Shown: in pieces, positions 23,792 to 34,090 of the stretch | Layout of the letters: each line of letters begins with the position of its first letter | Numbering within the stretch: position 1 is the stretch's first letter | Made by a program: the position numbers and the translations under genes | IMG/VR virus record: IMGVR_UViG_3300022670_000109 | Location: 1 to 36,228 of that record | Reading direction: 5' to 3' (one strand) | DNA: 36,228 nucleotides | Source of the DNA: a virus | Taxonomy: Duplodnaviria > Caudoviricetes | The notes under the pieces: generated by a model | Told to the model about the DNA's origin: nothing | Database searches by the model: none | The model's input: only the letters and a program-made list of their open reading frames with translations

Positions 23792-25203
23792 ACAGAGCAG
23801 ATAAAATAGAATACATCCAACTACTGGAAGAAAAGGCACGGCGTAAGAAGTATAACGCTATCCGTGAATATAAACCGTACTCTAAGCAGTCATCATTTCA
23901 TGCAGCGGGTGCTAAGTATGCCGAACGTGCGCTTGGTGCTGGCAACCAACTCGGCAAGACTGTGGCTGGTTCTAACGAGGCGTCCTATCATGCAACGGGA
24001 TTATACCCTGATGATTGGGTAGGTATGAGATTTGACAAGCCAACTATCGGATGGGTCGGTGGTGTTACGGGTGATACGATACGAGACTCAACACAGAAAC
24101 TATTGGTCGGACGTATCCAGGAAGGTGAAGCTGCTTTGGGTACTGGTTCAATTCCTAAACATTGCATCGTTGAGACAGTCAAGGCACGAGGAACGCCGGA
24201 CTTACTCGATCATGTTGTTATCAGGCACGTAACTAACAGGCTATCACTTATCTTCTTCAAGTCATACGCGTCAGGCCGTGAGAAATGGCAAGCTGAGACC
24301 CTTGATTGGGTTTGGTATGATGAAGAGCCGCCTTATGATATTTACTCTGAAGGTCGCACACGTACCAACAACGGGCAGAACGGACGCTGTACATGGATGA
24401 CGTTTACTCCCTTACTTGGCATGACTGATGTGGTTAATCAATTCTATAAGAAGCCCACTAAGCAACAACATCTTACCATGATGGGTATCAATGACGTTGA
24501 CCATTACACTGCCGAGGAAAAAGAAAACATCATTGCGGGTTATGAAGAGTGGGAACGTGATGCACGTATTAACGGGATACCAACACTAGGCAGCGGTAAG
24601 GTATTTAGATACAAAGAGAGCGACATACGAGAAGAATACATTGCAGACGTGCCTGAGTATTGGGCTTTGCTTAACGGGTTAGACTTTGGTTGGGATCATC
24701 CACAAGCTTGCATACAAATAGCATGGGACAAAGACAATGATGTTATTCATGTGATACGTGGCAAGAAAGCGCGTGAGACTAAACCTAATGATATGTGGAT
24801 GATGTGTAAATCTTGGGCTGATGGTATCCCCACCGTATGGCCTCATGACGGATTTCAACACGATAAATCTGGTGTTCAGACAAAAGAGCTGTATAATGAT
24901 GCGGGTTTTGATATGCACCACATGCAAGCAACACATGAAGAGGGCGGTAACGGTGTTGAGGCTGGCCTTATGGAAATGCAAGATAGATTTGCAACGGGGA
25001 GACTAAAGGTTTGTGCAAGTTTAGAGGACTTTTGGGAAGAGTTTAGATTATATCACCGCAAGAACGGCAAGCTCGTAAAGGAAAATGATGACTTTATGGA
25101 CGCTTTAAGGTATGCTATTATGATGAAACGCTTTGCTCAGTCACGGGCAGACTTGGAGTATGTTGACGATGATACCGAAATTTATTCTGATATGCCGATG
25201 TAA
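23788..25203 (+). CDS. terL: Terminase large subunit (P22-like)
   Basis: Walker A AGNQLGKT, Walker B WYDEEPP, TFTP, nuclease GLDFGWDHP and DDFMDALRYA. Confidence 0.95.
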   Translation: MNRADKIEYIQLLEEKARRKKYNAIREYKPYSKQSSFHAAGAKYAERALGAGNQLGKTVAGSNEASYHATGLYPDDWVGMRFDKPTIGWVGGVTGDTIRDSTQKLLVGRIQEGEAALGTGSIPKHCIVETVKARGTPDLLDHVVIRHVTNRLSLIFFKSYASGREKWQAETLDWVWYDEEPPYDIYSEGRTRTNNGQNGRCTWMTFTPLLGMTDVVNQFYKKPTKQQHLTMMGINDVDHYTAEEKENIIAGYEEWERDARINGIPTLGSGKVFRYKESDIREEYIADVPEYWALLNGLDFGWDHPQACIQIAWDKDNDVIHVIRGKKARETKPNDMWMMCKSWADGIPTVWPHDGFQHDKSGVQTKELYNDAGFDMHHMQATHEEGGNGVEAGLMEMQDRFATGRLKVCASLEDFWEEFRLYHRKNGKLVKENDDFMDALRYAIMMKRFAQSRADLEYVDDDTEIYSDMPM

Positions 25204-25212
25204 GGATGCTTA

Positions 25213-27189
25213 ATGGCTGATAAAAAAGATAGTGAAGCTGAAGAAGTACGAAAAGTAATCAGTGAAGTTAATACACACATTCAAGACAGTGACGCAGCGG
25301 ATCAACGTGAGCGCGATTTAATGGTTGAAGACCTACGCTTTGTTTATGACGAAGACGGTCAATGGGATGAGAGAACTAAATCACAACGACACAATCGTCC
25401 ATGTTATACGTTTAACCGTGTTCAGCAATCAGTCAATCAAGTACTCGGTGAGCAACGTATGAATAGCATTAGTATTAAGATACGTGCTGTTGATGACAAA
25501 TCAGATCCTGACCTAGCAGAAGTACAAGCGGGTATGATCCGCAACATCGAAAGTTCGTCCGGTGCTGAAGCTATCTACGGCGAAGCGTTCAAGTTTGCCG
25601 TTGCTGGTGGGTTTGGTGCTTGGCGTGTATTGCCTGAGTTGCGTAATGATTACAGCTTTGACCAAGAGATATTCATTAAACCTATTCACAATCCTTTGAC
25701 GGTTTACTTCGATCCTCTTTCTCTTGATGCTGTGAAGCGCGACCAAACACGGTGTGTAATTGCCGAGCGTATCTCTAAGGATTTCTATAAAGCCAAGTAC
25801 GGCGATCAACCCGTGGACATAACGATAAGCCGTAATGATAATCGTGACTGGGTGACGGATAAAGGTGTGCGGATTGCGGAGTTTTTCAAGTTAGTACCGT
25901 TCACAAAAGAAATTGCCTTGATGAGTGATGGGCGTGTTGTTGACTTTGACAAAGAGCTAAAGAAGATACAAGAAGAATTAAAGAGCGTAGAGGGTGCGCC
26001 AACTGTAGAACGTACTCGTAAGGTTGAAACGTTCAAGGTTAAGTGGTGGAAGGTTGACGGGGCTAACATCTTAGAGGGGCCGATTGAATACGATTGGAAG
26101 TTCATTCCTGTTGTTAAGTTGCCTGGACGCTTTATCAATATCGAAGGTAGACAGAAGACGCAATCATTAATTAGACCAGCGCGTGATGCTCAAAGGGTTT
26201 ATAACTTTAACCGTACAACTATGACTGAGATGGTCGGCAATGCTTTACGTGCGCCTTATATGGTCACGGCTAAACAGATTAAGGGTTATGAAAAAGAATG
26301 GAACCAAGCTGGATCAGCTAACCGTCCATATATTAAATACAATGTTGATAGTGCTGCGGGTGGTGTTCCTCAACGAGCGGCACAGGCTGAGATTCCGTCC
26401 GCATTAATGGCAATGGCTGCACAAGACGCTGACGATATTAAAGCTACAACAGGTTTCCATGATGCGTCATTAGGCAAGCAAGGTAATGAAGTTTCTGGTA
26501 TCGCTATTGGTGCAAGAGCTAGACAGACTGACCTAGGCTCGTTTGAGTTCTTTGACAATCTTAAAGAGGCTATTAAGTTTACAGGTGAGATTATCCTTGA
26601 CCAGATGCCGGCGGTTTACGATACGGAGCGTGTTGTTCGCATCCTTGGATTAGATGGCGCTGAAGACTTCCAATTGATTAACGCATATGATGAGGCAACA
26701 GATAAAACCTTTGACCTATCACAAGGGCGCTATGATGTGACTGTTGACTTAGGCCCGACCTTTGCAACACAGCGCGAGGAAAGTTTTAGTAATCTATTAG
26801 AGGCTGCGGGTGTTATGCCTATCATCGCAGAAGTAGCGCCGGACTTAATTATGAAAAGCTCTGACGTTCGTGATAAAGATGAGCTTGTTAAACGCTTGCG
26901 TAAACCTTTGGTTGCGAGTGGTGCTATTGATCCTAACGAAGAAGAGCGTGAAGCTTTAGAAGCACAAGGCGAACCGGCTCCTGATCCTGTTCAAGATGCG
27001 CTTGTTGATGATTTGAAAAATAAGGCGGCCCTTAATGCTGCTAAAGTTGATAAGACTGTGGCTGATACGCAAGAAACACAGATTGATACGGCTATAAAAC
27101 AGGCTGAGGCCCCTGTAAACGTCAAACAATTGCAAACTAATCTAATTTCTAGTACAATGGATTCAATTAATAACCCGAAAGGTACATAA
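25213..27189 (+). CDS. Portal protein (P22 gp1-like)
   Basis: GQW...RP..TFN, VYFDP, RDAQR.YN, SG.AI..R, G.YDVTVD.GP.F.T.R. Confidence 0.92.
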   Translation: MADKKDSEAEEVRKVISEVNTHIQDSDAADQRERDLMVEDLRFVYDEDGQWDERTKSQRHNRPCYTFNRVQQSVNQVLGEQRMNSISIKIRAVDDKSDPDLAEVQAGMIRNIESSSGAEAIYGEAFKFAVAGGFGAWRVLPELRNDYSFDQEIFIKPIHNPLTVYFDPLSLDAVKRDQTRCVIAERISKDFYKAKYGDQPVDITISRNDNRDWVTDKGVRIAEFFKLVPFTKEIALMSDGRVVDFDKELKKIQEELKSVEGAPTVERTRKVETFKVKWWKVDGANILEGPIEYDWKFIPVVKLPGRFINIEGRQKTQSLIRPARDAQRVYNFNRTTMTEMVGNALRAPYMVTAKQIKGYEKEWNQAGSANRPYIKYNVDSAAGGVPQRAAQAEIPSALMAMAAQDADDIKATTGFHDASLGKQGNEVSGIAIGARARQTDLGSFEFFDNLKEAIKFTGEIILDQMPAVYDTERVVRILGLDGAEDFQLINAYDEATDKTFDLSQGRYDVTVDLGPTFATQREESFSNLLEAAGVMPIIAEVAPDLIMKSSDVRDKDELVKRLRKPLVASGAIDPNEEEREALEAQGEPAPDPVQDALVDDLKNKAALNAAKVDKTVADTQETQIDTAIKQAEAPVNVKQLQTNLISSTMDSINNPKGT

Positions 27190-28004
27190 TGAGTGAAGAA
27201 GCGATTGACAGCACGGACGTTGTCGAACAGGTCGAAAATGTGGTATCGACTGCCACCACGGAACAGGAAGCTACGCCAGAGCCTGTTAACGATGATGCGG
27301 CGGCAAGCACGGAAAATGCTGAAGAGGATAAGCCCTCTCGTGCGCAGCAACGTATCCAGCAGTTGGTTGGAGACAAAAAAGCAGCAATGGAATACGGCAA
27401 TTTCTGGAAGGATAAGTTTGAGCAATCAAACACAATCCAGCCAGTAGTAGAAGCGCCTAAACCATTGGTAGTACCTAAGTTAGAGGATTACGACCACGAT
27501 ACAGAACGTTGGTCTAATGCTATGATTGATTACAGCGGTGCAATGATTACCCAAACGGTAAACACTCAAGTCAATCAGGTAATGGACGCAAACCAGAAGC
27601 AAACAGCGCAAGCTGCTCTTAACGCTACATGGTCTGACAACGTATCTAAGTTTACGAATGACAACCCTGATTTTAATGAAGTCGCATTTGCAACAAATGA
27701 AATATACGATGTGATTAAATCATTACCTCAAGGGCCAGAGATTGCGTATTATCTAGGTAATAATCCTGTGGAAGCTGAACGGATTGGGCGACTGCCTACA
27801 TCTCAACAAGCTTTTGCATTAGGTCAAGTTCCTTTGTCACCGAATAAACCAGTTGCTAAACAGAAAACAACTCTAGCGCCTAACCCGCCTAGCCCTGTTG
27901 GTGGCAGTCAGCCCCATGAGACTTCATTAGGTAATATGTCTATGAAGGATTATATGGATTATATGAACGCTAAAGACAGAGACAAACGAGCGGGTAGAGG
28001 CTGA
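27189..28004 (+). CDS. Scaffolding protein
   Basis: Acidic N-terminus, QQRIQQL, GPEIAYYLG.NP; between portal and coat. Confidence 0.8.
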   Translation: MSEEAIDSTDVVEQVENVVSTATTEQEATPEPVNDDAAASTENAEEDKPSRAQQRIQQLVGDKKAAMEYGNFWKDKFEQSNTIQPVVEAPKPLVVPKLEDYDHDTERWSNAMIDYSGAMITQTVNTQVNQVMDANQKQTAQAALNATWSDNVSKFTNDNPDFNEVAFATNEIYDVIKSLPQGPEIAYYLGNNPVEAERIGRLPTSQQAFALGQVPLSPNKPVAKQKTTLAPNPPSPVGGSQPHETSLGNMSMKDYMDYMNAKDRDKRAGRG

Positions 28005-28024
28005 GTTAACTAAGGTTTAACAAA

Positions 28025-29215
28025 ATGGCTAATGCTCTATTAACGGTGGACATGATTACGAAGGAAGCCCTTCGCATCCTCCACCAAAAACTTACCTTCA
28101 TTGGTAGAATTAACCGTGCTTATGATAGTTCATTCGCACAAGAAGGCGCTAAGATTGGTTCAACACTACGGATTAGATTACCCAATCAGTATGTTGTTCG
28201 TGATGGCGCAACGCTTGTAACTCAAGATACAAACGAAACACAAGTCACATTATCAGTAACAACTCAAAAGGGTGTCGATCTTAACTTCACTTCTGTTGAT
28301 TTGACACTTGATATGGAAGAGTTCTCACGCCGTATCATTGCCCCTGCTATGTCAGTACTTGCAGCGGCTATTGAAAGTGATGCCCTTACTCAAATGACTA
28401 AAGATGTTTATAACGTTGTTGATAGTGATGGTTCAGCTCTTGCGTTCCTTGACTTGACTACTGCGGGTGCTGTACTTGGTGACAATCTAGCGCCACTTGA
28501 CCAACGTACTATGCTTCTTTCTAATACTTCACAGTCTGTTATTGTGGATTCTTTGAAAGGTCTATTCAATGATACTAACCAGATTTCTGAGCAGTATCTT
28601 GAGGGCATGATGGGTCGTACAGCAGGGTTTGACTTCTTTAGTTCTTCCCATGTTGCGGATCATCTATCAGGTACAGCGGCTAAAACCACTGGTTATCTAA
28701 CCGATGGCGCTGCACAAACTGGCTCTAGTATCATTGTCGATACAGGTACAACAACTTTCCTTAAAGGTGATGTTATTACTATCGCGACAGTTAATCGCGT
28801 TCATCCTGAAACTAAAGTTGACACAGGCAAGCTACAACAGTTCGTTGTTACCGCAGATAGCGGCACGTCTGCTACTACACTGGCGATTTCTCCAGCGGTT
28901 GTTGCAACAGGCGGCGCACAGAATGTGAATATCGCTGTGCCTACTAACGTTGCCATTGTTAAAGTTGGTGCTGGTGCAAATGACCTTATGTCAAGTGATA
29001 TTGCGTTCCATAAAGATGCGTTTACTTTCGCAACTGCTGACCTTGTAATGCCTGATGGTGTTGACTTTGCAAGTCGTCAAGTATTTGATGGTATTTCAAT
29101 GCGTATTGTACGTGCTTATGACATTAACAATGATAAATTCCCAACACGCCTTGATGTGTTGTATGGATTTAAAACGATCCGCGCAGAAAACGCTGTTCGT
29201 ATTGTTCATGATTAA
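28025..29215 (+). CDS. Major capsid protein (P22 gp5 coat family)
   Basis: MAN.LLT..MIT.EAL, KIG.TL.IR.P, FHKDAF, RLDVLYG. Confidence 0.93.
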   Translation: MANALLTVDMITKEALRILHQKLTFIGRINRAYDSSFAQEGAKIGSTLRIRLPNQYVVRDGATLVTQDTNETQVTLSVTTQKGVDLNFTSVDLTLDMEEFSRRIIAPAMSVLAAAIESDALTQMTKDVYNVVDSDGSALAFLDLTTAGAVLGDNLAPLDQRTMLLSNTSQSVIVDSLKGLFNDTNQISEQYLEGMMGRTAGFDFFSSSHVADHLSGTAAKTTGYLTDGAAQTGSSIIVDTGTTTFLKGDVITIATVNRVHPETKVDTGKLQQFVVTADSGTSATTLAISPAVVATGGAQNVNIAVPTNVAIVKVGAGANDLMSSDIAFHKDAFTFATADLVMPDGVDFASRQVFDGISMRIVRAYDINNDKFPTRLDVLYGFKTIRAENAVRIVHD

Positions 29216-29221
29216 TATGAT

Positions 29222-29252
29222 GGGGCGGGTTTCGGCTCGCCCCCTTCACTTT
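29222..29252 (+). terminator. Hairpin/weak terminator after the coat gene
   Basis: GGGGCGGGT-TTCG-GCTCGCCCC with an imperfect U-tract. Confidence 0.6.
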
Positions 29253-29263
29253 AAGGAATTACA

Positions 29264-29659
29264 ATGGCTGCTAATATTGACATAATCCGAGAAGCTTTAA
29301 CGCTTGCTAATATCATCAATGACCGTGAAGTACCTACTGCCCGTCAAGGTGAGTATGGTTTGACTTTGCTTAACGATATGATGAGCGACTGGCAAGAAGA
29401 TGGGATTGAGCTTGGTTATTTTCCACAAACATTAGTTGATGATACATTCCCTGTTGACGATAGGTTCTTTCGTGGTGTTAAGTATAATCTAGCGCGAGCG
29501 ATTGCAGGATTTAATGGTGTTGTTTCGCCGGATGAAACCACAAGAATAGCTAACCTCACATTCGATAGGCTAGAGAAGGCCACGACTGAGGTAGTAGATA
29601 CAAGTTTCAAACATATGCCTACTGGAAGGCGCGGTAGATTTGATGTGATTACTGGATGA
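29264..29659 (+). CDS. Head-tail adaptor (P22 gp4-like)
   Basis: L..LNDMM..W...GI.LGY, YNLA..IA, MPTG. Confidence 0.8.
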   Translation: MAANIDIIREALTLANIINDREVPTARQGEYGLTLLNDMMSDWQEDGIELGYFPQTLVDDTFPVDDRFFRGVKYNLARAIAGFNGVVSPDETTRIANLTFDRLEKATTEVVDTSFKHMPTGRRGRFDVITG

Positions 29660-31032
29660 GAAAAACACTACCCATAGGAACATACGGCTACGATAACGAG
29701 CAAGCTTCAGCGCGTAAGTTGGTTAATTGCACAGCAGAGCAAGCGCCTGTTGATAGTGGTAACCAAATTATATTACGCAGAATGCCAGGAATTGATGACT
29801 TCGCCACCGCTGGAACTAAAAACCGTGGGGCGCATCTTTTTAAAGGTGAATTATATACAGTTTCAGGCACGTCTTTATTTAAAGAATCCTCTACGGGAGT
29901 TGTAACTACTATAGGCTCTATACCCGGCACTAATCGCGTGTCTATGTCTGACAACGGCACGGATATGGTGATAGTCACTAATCCTTTGGCGTTCTCAACT
30001 AATGGCGTGACGGTTTCGCAAATTACTGATAGTGTGTTCTTGGGGTTCGGTGGCGCATCTGATGTTGATTTTCTGGATGGGTTTTTAATATTTACCGTTC
30101 CAAATAGTAAAGTTTCTTTTGTATCTGGGCTTAACGCGCTTACGTTTAATGCTTTAGATTTTACTAGTATAGAAGGTTCAACAGATAATTTGGTGGGTCT
30201 TATTGTGGACCATAGAGAAGTTATCTTTTTGAAAGAGAAGTCTGTTGAGCTTTGGTTCAATGCGGGTATTGCTACAGGATTTCCTTTGGCGCGTAGTCCG
30301 AACGGCTATCTTGAAGTTGGTTGCGCGGCGCGAGATACCGCCGCTAAGTTAGGTGGTTCTGTTTATTGGTTAGCTGATGATTTCACGGTTAGGCAGTTAA
30401 GTGGTAGTAGTCCTGTAATTATTACAAGTCCTGGTGTTGCCAAGTTTATTCGTGATGGTGTTGACCCTTTTGCGTTTGCTTACACATTTGAGGATAAACA
30501 TTATTACACATTAACTTTTGATGGCGTGACAATAGAATATGATATTCTCTCTAAGGAATGGCACAACAGAGAAACGTTTAACCGATCCAATTGGGAAGTC
30601 TGAACTGTTATCGAGGCTTACGGGAAGAATTTCGCGCTTGATAGTAAGTCAGGCAAGATAGGTAATCTAAGTAATCTTGTGCGTACTGAGTTTGGGGGGG
30701 TTCAAAAAGTATTCTGGACATATCAAGAAATAGCGAGCGAGGGTAAAAGAATTATGCACGACCGCTTTGAACTTGGCATGGGTACGGGTGTAGGGCTTAC
30801 AACAGGGCAAGGAAGTGATCCAGAGATTAGTTTATTAATTTCAGATGATGGCGGTAAACAGTTCTATCATTACGACACTAGAAGCCTTGGTAAAAAGGGT
30901 GAGTTTCTTGATAGGGTGTTCTGGTCTAAGTTAGGTAGCTCTTATAATAGGGTTTATCGTCTTGAGGTTTCGGACGCTGTTGATGTGTTGGTATTTAATA
31001 CTGATGTTGAATTGAGAGGGGGCGCATTTTGA
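29656..31032 (+). CDS. Tail hub/DNA-stabilisation protein (P22 gp10-like), interrupted by an in-frame TGA at 30601-30603
   Basis: The two track ORFs (29656-30603, 30679-31032) share a frame, separated by a single stop; typical SDDGG...G..G....R..W..LG C-terminus. Confidence 0.8.
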
Positions 31033-31412
31033 CGGGCTTACCTGATATTGGCTTAAGAATACCAAAAGAGTATAGCGCTGAGTTTATGCGTATATTAATT
31101 AGAGATGTGTTGCGCTTGGCAGACTCGCGAAACGCAACAGGTGTGGGAATTTTAGTGACGGGCGATGGTGAAACCGTTGCGACTTATGAAGTTGACAGTC
31201 AGAATGTTGATCTTGCCGAGGGTTTGGAAACAAGAAGTATATTAGCGGCAATGCGTAACCGCCTAGATATATTGGAATTACAAGTGAAACGTGGTAAAGT
31301 AAGGGAGTATGGTTTGACCAAAAGAATTGAAGAGTTGGAAGCTTCGGAAGCAGTTTTTCCTATTAATAGTTTAAAAAAACGAATTGAAGAATTAGAAATT
31401 GAGGTAGCCTAA
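31029..31412 (+). CDS. Coiled-coil tail protein (gp26/needle position)
   Basis: KRIEELE twice; synteny. Confidence 0.5.
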   Translation: MTGLPDIGLRIPKEYSAEFMRILIRDVLRLADSRNATGVGILVTGDGETVATYEVDSQNVDLAEGLETRSILAAMRNRLDILELQVKRGKVREYGLTKRIEELEASEAVFPINSLKKRIEELEIEVA

Positions 31413-31759
31413 TGGCAATACAACATATAGCGATAGACCCGCAAGCATTAGCGACAAGCGCGGTGACGGTTTACACGGTAGGAACGGCAATGATTGCTAA
31501 GTCTGTAGCGATTAGTGTATTTAACGGTAACGCTTCGACTAATAGAACAGTGACAGTCCATAAAGTGCCTTCAGGCGGGTCTGCGGATAGTACCAATATT
31601 ATAACTAAAAAAGTCATTGTTTTTACTGACGGTCAAGACAGTGTGATACTTGATGAGGTTTCAGTTCAAACAATGGATGCGGGTGATTTTATCGCAATAG
31701 CGCAAGACGTAGGAACAGATTGTATCGCGTCAGGCGGCGCAACGGAGGTATCAGTATGA
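31412..31759 (+). CDS. Putative small virion protein
   Basis: Beta-rich; VYTV...VPSGG.A...N. Confidence 0.55.
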   Translation: MAIQHIAIDPQALATSAVTVYTVGTAMIAKSVAISVFNGNASTNRTVTVHKVPSGGSADSTNIITKKVIVFTDGQDSVILDEVSVQTMDAGDFIAIAQDVGTDCIASGGATEVSV

Positions 31760-32193
31760 TTAGACGAGCAACAGAAGACGACATTGAATTTCTAGTTGAG
31801 ATGGGGCGTAAGTTTTATGAAAGCTGCGGCTTCCCTTCTATCTTAACATTTGACCCTGAAGTATTAACAGGCGTATTACATAATTTAATCGTCAATGAAA
31901 ACGCTTGCCTACTTGTTGACGATAAGATGCGCGGAATGATTGGCGGGGTAGTTTATCCTTATTACTTCACAGGGCAAATGTCAGGCAATGAAATGTTTTG
32001 GTGGGTAGAGCCGGAACACCGTAAGGGATTAGGCAAGAAACTACTAGACAAATTGGAAGAATGGGCCGCTGCTAAAGGGGCAGTTTCATTTACTATGATT
32101 TCTCTTGAAGCTTCTGAGCCTGAGAAAATGGATAAGATTTATAAGAAGCGTGGTTACGAGCCGCGCGAACATCATTATGTAAGGTATTTCTAA
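31756..32193 (+). CDS. GNAT-fold acetyltransferase-like protein
   Basis: IRRAT..D, WWVEPEHRKG.G..LL..LE.WA..KG, Y..RGY. Confidence 0.85.
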   Translation: MIRRATEDDIEFLVEMGRKFYESCGFPSILTFDPEVLTGVLHNLIVNENACLLVDDKMRGMIGGVVYPYYFTGQMSGNEMFWWVEPEHRKGLGKKLLDKLEEWAAAKGAVSFTMISLEASEPEKMDKIYKKRGYEPREHHYVRYF

Positions 32194-32882
32194 TGGCTAT
32201 TGGTACTACAGCAGCAATTATTGGGGCAACGCTTGGATCAGCGGTAATAGGTGCCGGGGCTTCTTTACTAGGTGGAGGCGCACAAGCGGGAGCTATACAG
32301 CAAGGGACAGAACAATCTATTACTGAACAGCGCAGACAGTTCGATATTGCTCAACAGTTTACAGCCCCACAACGGGAAGCTGAAGACGCGGCACGTCAAC
32401 AGCTACTTAATGTTTTAGGGCTAGGCGATCAAGCTTTTGATCCTTCAAGTATTAATATACCTGGGCAAGATTTCCAGTTAGCGGAATCGGCAAGGGGCAT
32501 AGAACGTTCAGCGGCGGCTCGTGGTGGTTTGGTTTCTGGTGGAACTTTAGCAGAGCTACAAAGCAGGGGTTTAGGAATTACTAATCAGAATTTCTTGACT
32601 AACTTCCTTAATCCTTTAGCGGGACTTGCTGGTGGCGGGGCTGGACAAGCGGCTGGTCAACAAGCTATTAATCTAGGCGTTAATGTCGGTAACGCACAGC
32701 AAGGTTTAGGTGTTAATCGTGCTAATATCATAGGTCAGACAGTTGGTGGTGTTGCGGGGGCTGCTCAAGGCGGCTTGTCTAACTTCTTATTGCAAAACCA
32801 GTTAAACCAAAGTAGCGCGAATGTTCCGTTCGGACAAACGGCTGTAGGCTCAAGATTAAATCAAAGGTTTGGAATTGCATAA
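32193..32882 (+). CDS. DNA ejection protein (gp7-like)
   Basis: Gly/Ala/Gln-rich; PG..F......IERSAAARGGL.SG.TL..L. Confidence 0.75.
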   Translation: MAIGTTAAIIGATLGSAVIGAGASLLGGGAQAGAIQQGTEQSITEQRRQFDIAQQFTAPQREAEDAARQQLLNVLGLGDQAFDPSSINIPGQDFQLAESARGIERSAAARGGLVSGGTLAELQSRGLGITNQNFLTNFLNPLAGLAGGGAGQAAGQQAINLGVNVGNAQQGLGVNRANIIGQTVGGVAGAAQGGLSNFLLQNQLNQSSANVPFGQTAVGSRLNQRFGIA

Positions 32883-34090
32883 TGGCACACGGACAAGGAT
32901 TAGACTTAGGAAATGTATTACAGCAAGTTGAAACCATTAAAGGTTCACGGCTACAAAACCAATTAAGTCAACAGACATTTGACACAAATGTACTTGCTCA
33001 ACAAGGCAGTAACCAATTCAACGCGCTTTTACAACAGCATATAGCTAACCCTACACCTGAGACATTAAACGCAATCGCTGCGGTTGATCCACGGGTTGCG
33101 GGACAATTACAGGGCGTACAAGTTCAGCAGCGTGAGTTTGAACGTGAAGACGCACGAAAAACTATAGTTGGTATTGACCAAGTTCTTAATTCTGCATCAC
33201 CTAAGAGGATGGCTCAAATATCTTTCCCTGATGCGCTTGAAACGTTCGCGGCTCAAGGAATTAATATTGATGATTTAAGTGACGACGAGTTTGTTAGTAT
33301 GCTTACGGATATTAAAAGCCAATTAACGCCTATTGCGGGTGCGGGTGAAGATACCGCTGCTTTACAAACATTCGCGGGATTAACTGAAGGGTTAGAGCCA
33401 GAACAGATAGAGCAAGCAAGGCAAGTTGAGCTTGGCATAGCGCCCCGCGCTGGTCGCCAACAAGTCTTTAATATTGGTGATGTGCCTCATGTATTCGATT
33501 CTAATACTGGTACGTTTGTCCCCGCACAAGTTGGGGGCGAAGAAGTAACGGCAGCAACGGTAGCAGCATCCCAAGCAGAAATTGCACAAACAACAGAACT
33601 TGCTAAAGGTGAGGCTAAACGCACAACTAAAACTATTGATGCTGGTTTTGAAAGTATTGGCAAGATTAGAACAAATGTGGCCAACATTAATCGCGCTATT
33701 GCCGCCCTTGATGCTGGGGCTAGAACGGGCGCTATTGATAGATTCCTACCTAATGTGTCGGCGGCTTCTGTTGAGCTTGGGCAGATACAGAAGGAGCTTG
33801 GTTTAGATATTATTGGCGCTGTAACATTCGGCGCACTATCACAAGGCGAATTGGACTTAGCGTTAAGTACCGCTCTTCCTGTAGGATTAGATGAGCCAGC
33901 TTTACGTGACTTCCTTGTAAGAAAACGTGACGCACAAACTAAGCTTAGTGACCATTTTGTTGACCAGATTAATTTCCTTGATGCGGGCGGAACGCTTGTT
34001 GAGTTCTTAAACCAACAGCGACAAGAACCACAAGATTTTAGTCAAATGACTGACGAGGAACTACAGGCTATAATTGGAGGCGGTCAGTAA
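32882..34090 (+). CDS. DNA ejection protein (gp20-like)
   Basis: Synteny; Gln-rich; TFGALS.GEL motif. Confidence 0.6.
   Translation: MAHGQGLDLGNVLQQVETIKGSRLQNQLSQQTFDTNVLAQQGSNQFNALLQQHIANPTPETLNAIAAVDPRVAGQLQGVQVQQREFEREDARKTIVGIDQVLNSASPKRMAQISFPDALETFAAQGINIDDLSDDEFVSMLTDIKSQLTPIAGAGEDTAALQTFAGLTEGLEPEQIEQARQVELGIAPRAGRQQVFNIGDVPHVFDSNTGTFVPAQVGGEEVTAATVAASQAEIAQTTELAKGEAKRTTKTIDAGFESIGKIRTNVANINRAIAALDAGARTGAIDRFLPNVSAASVELGQIQKELGLDIIGAVTFGALSQGELDLALSTALPVGLDEPALRDFLVRKRDAQTKLSDHFVDQINFLDAGGTLVEFLNQQRQEPQDFSQMTDEELQAIIGGGQ

Noticed and set aside
30601-30603. Genome-wide TGA reassignment or selenocysteine
   Set aside because: TGA is used as a normal stop in many ATGA overlaps; no convincing SECIS hairpin seen.
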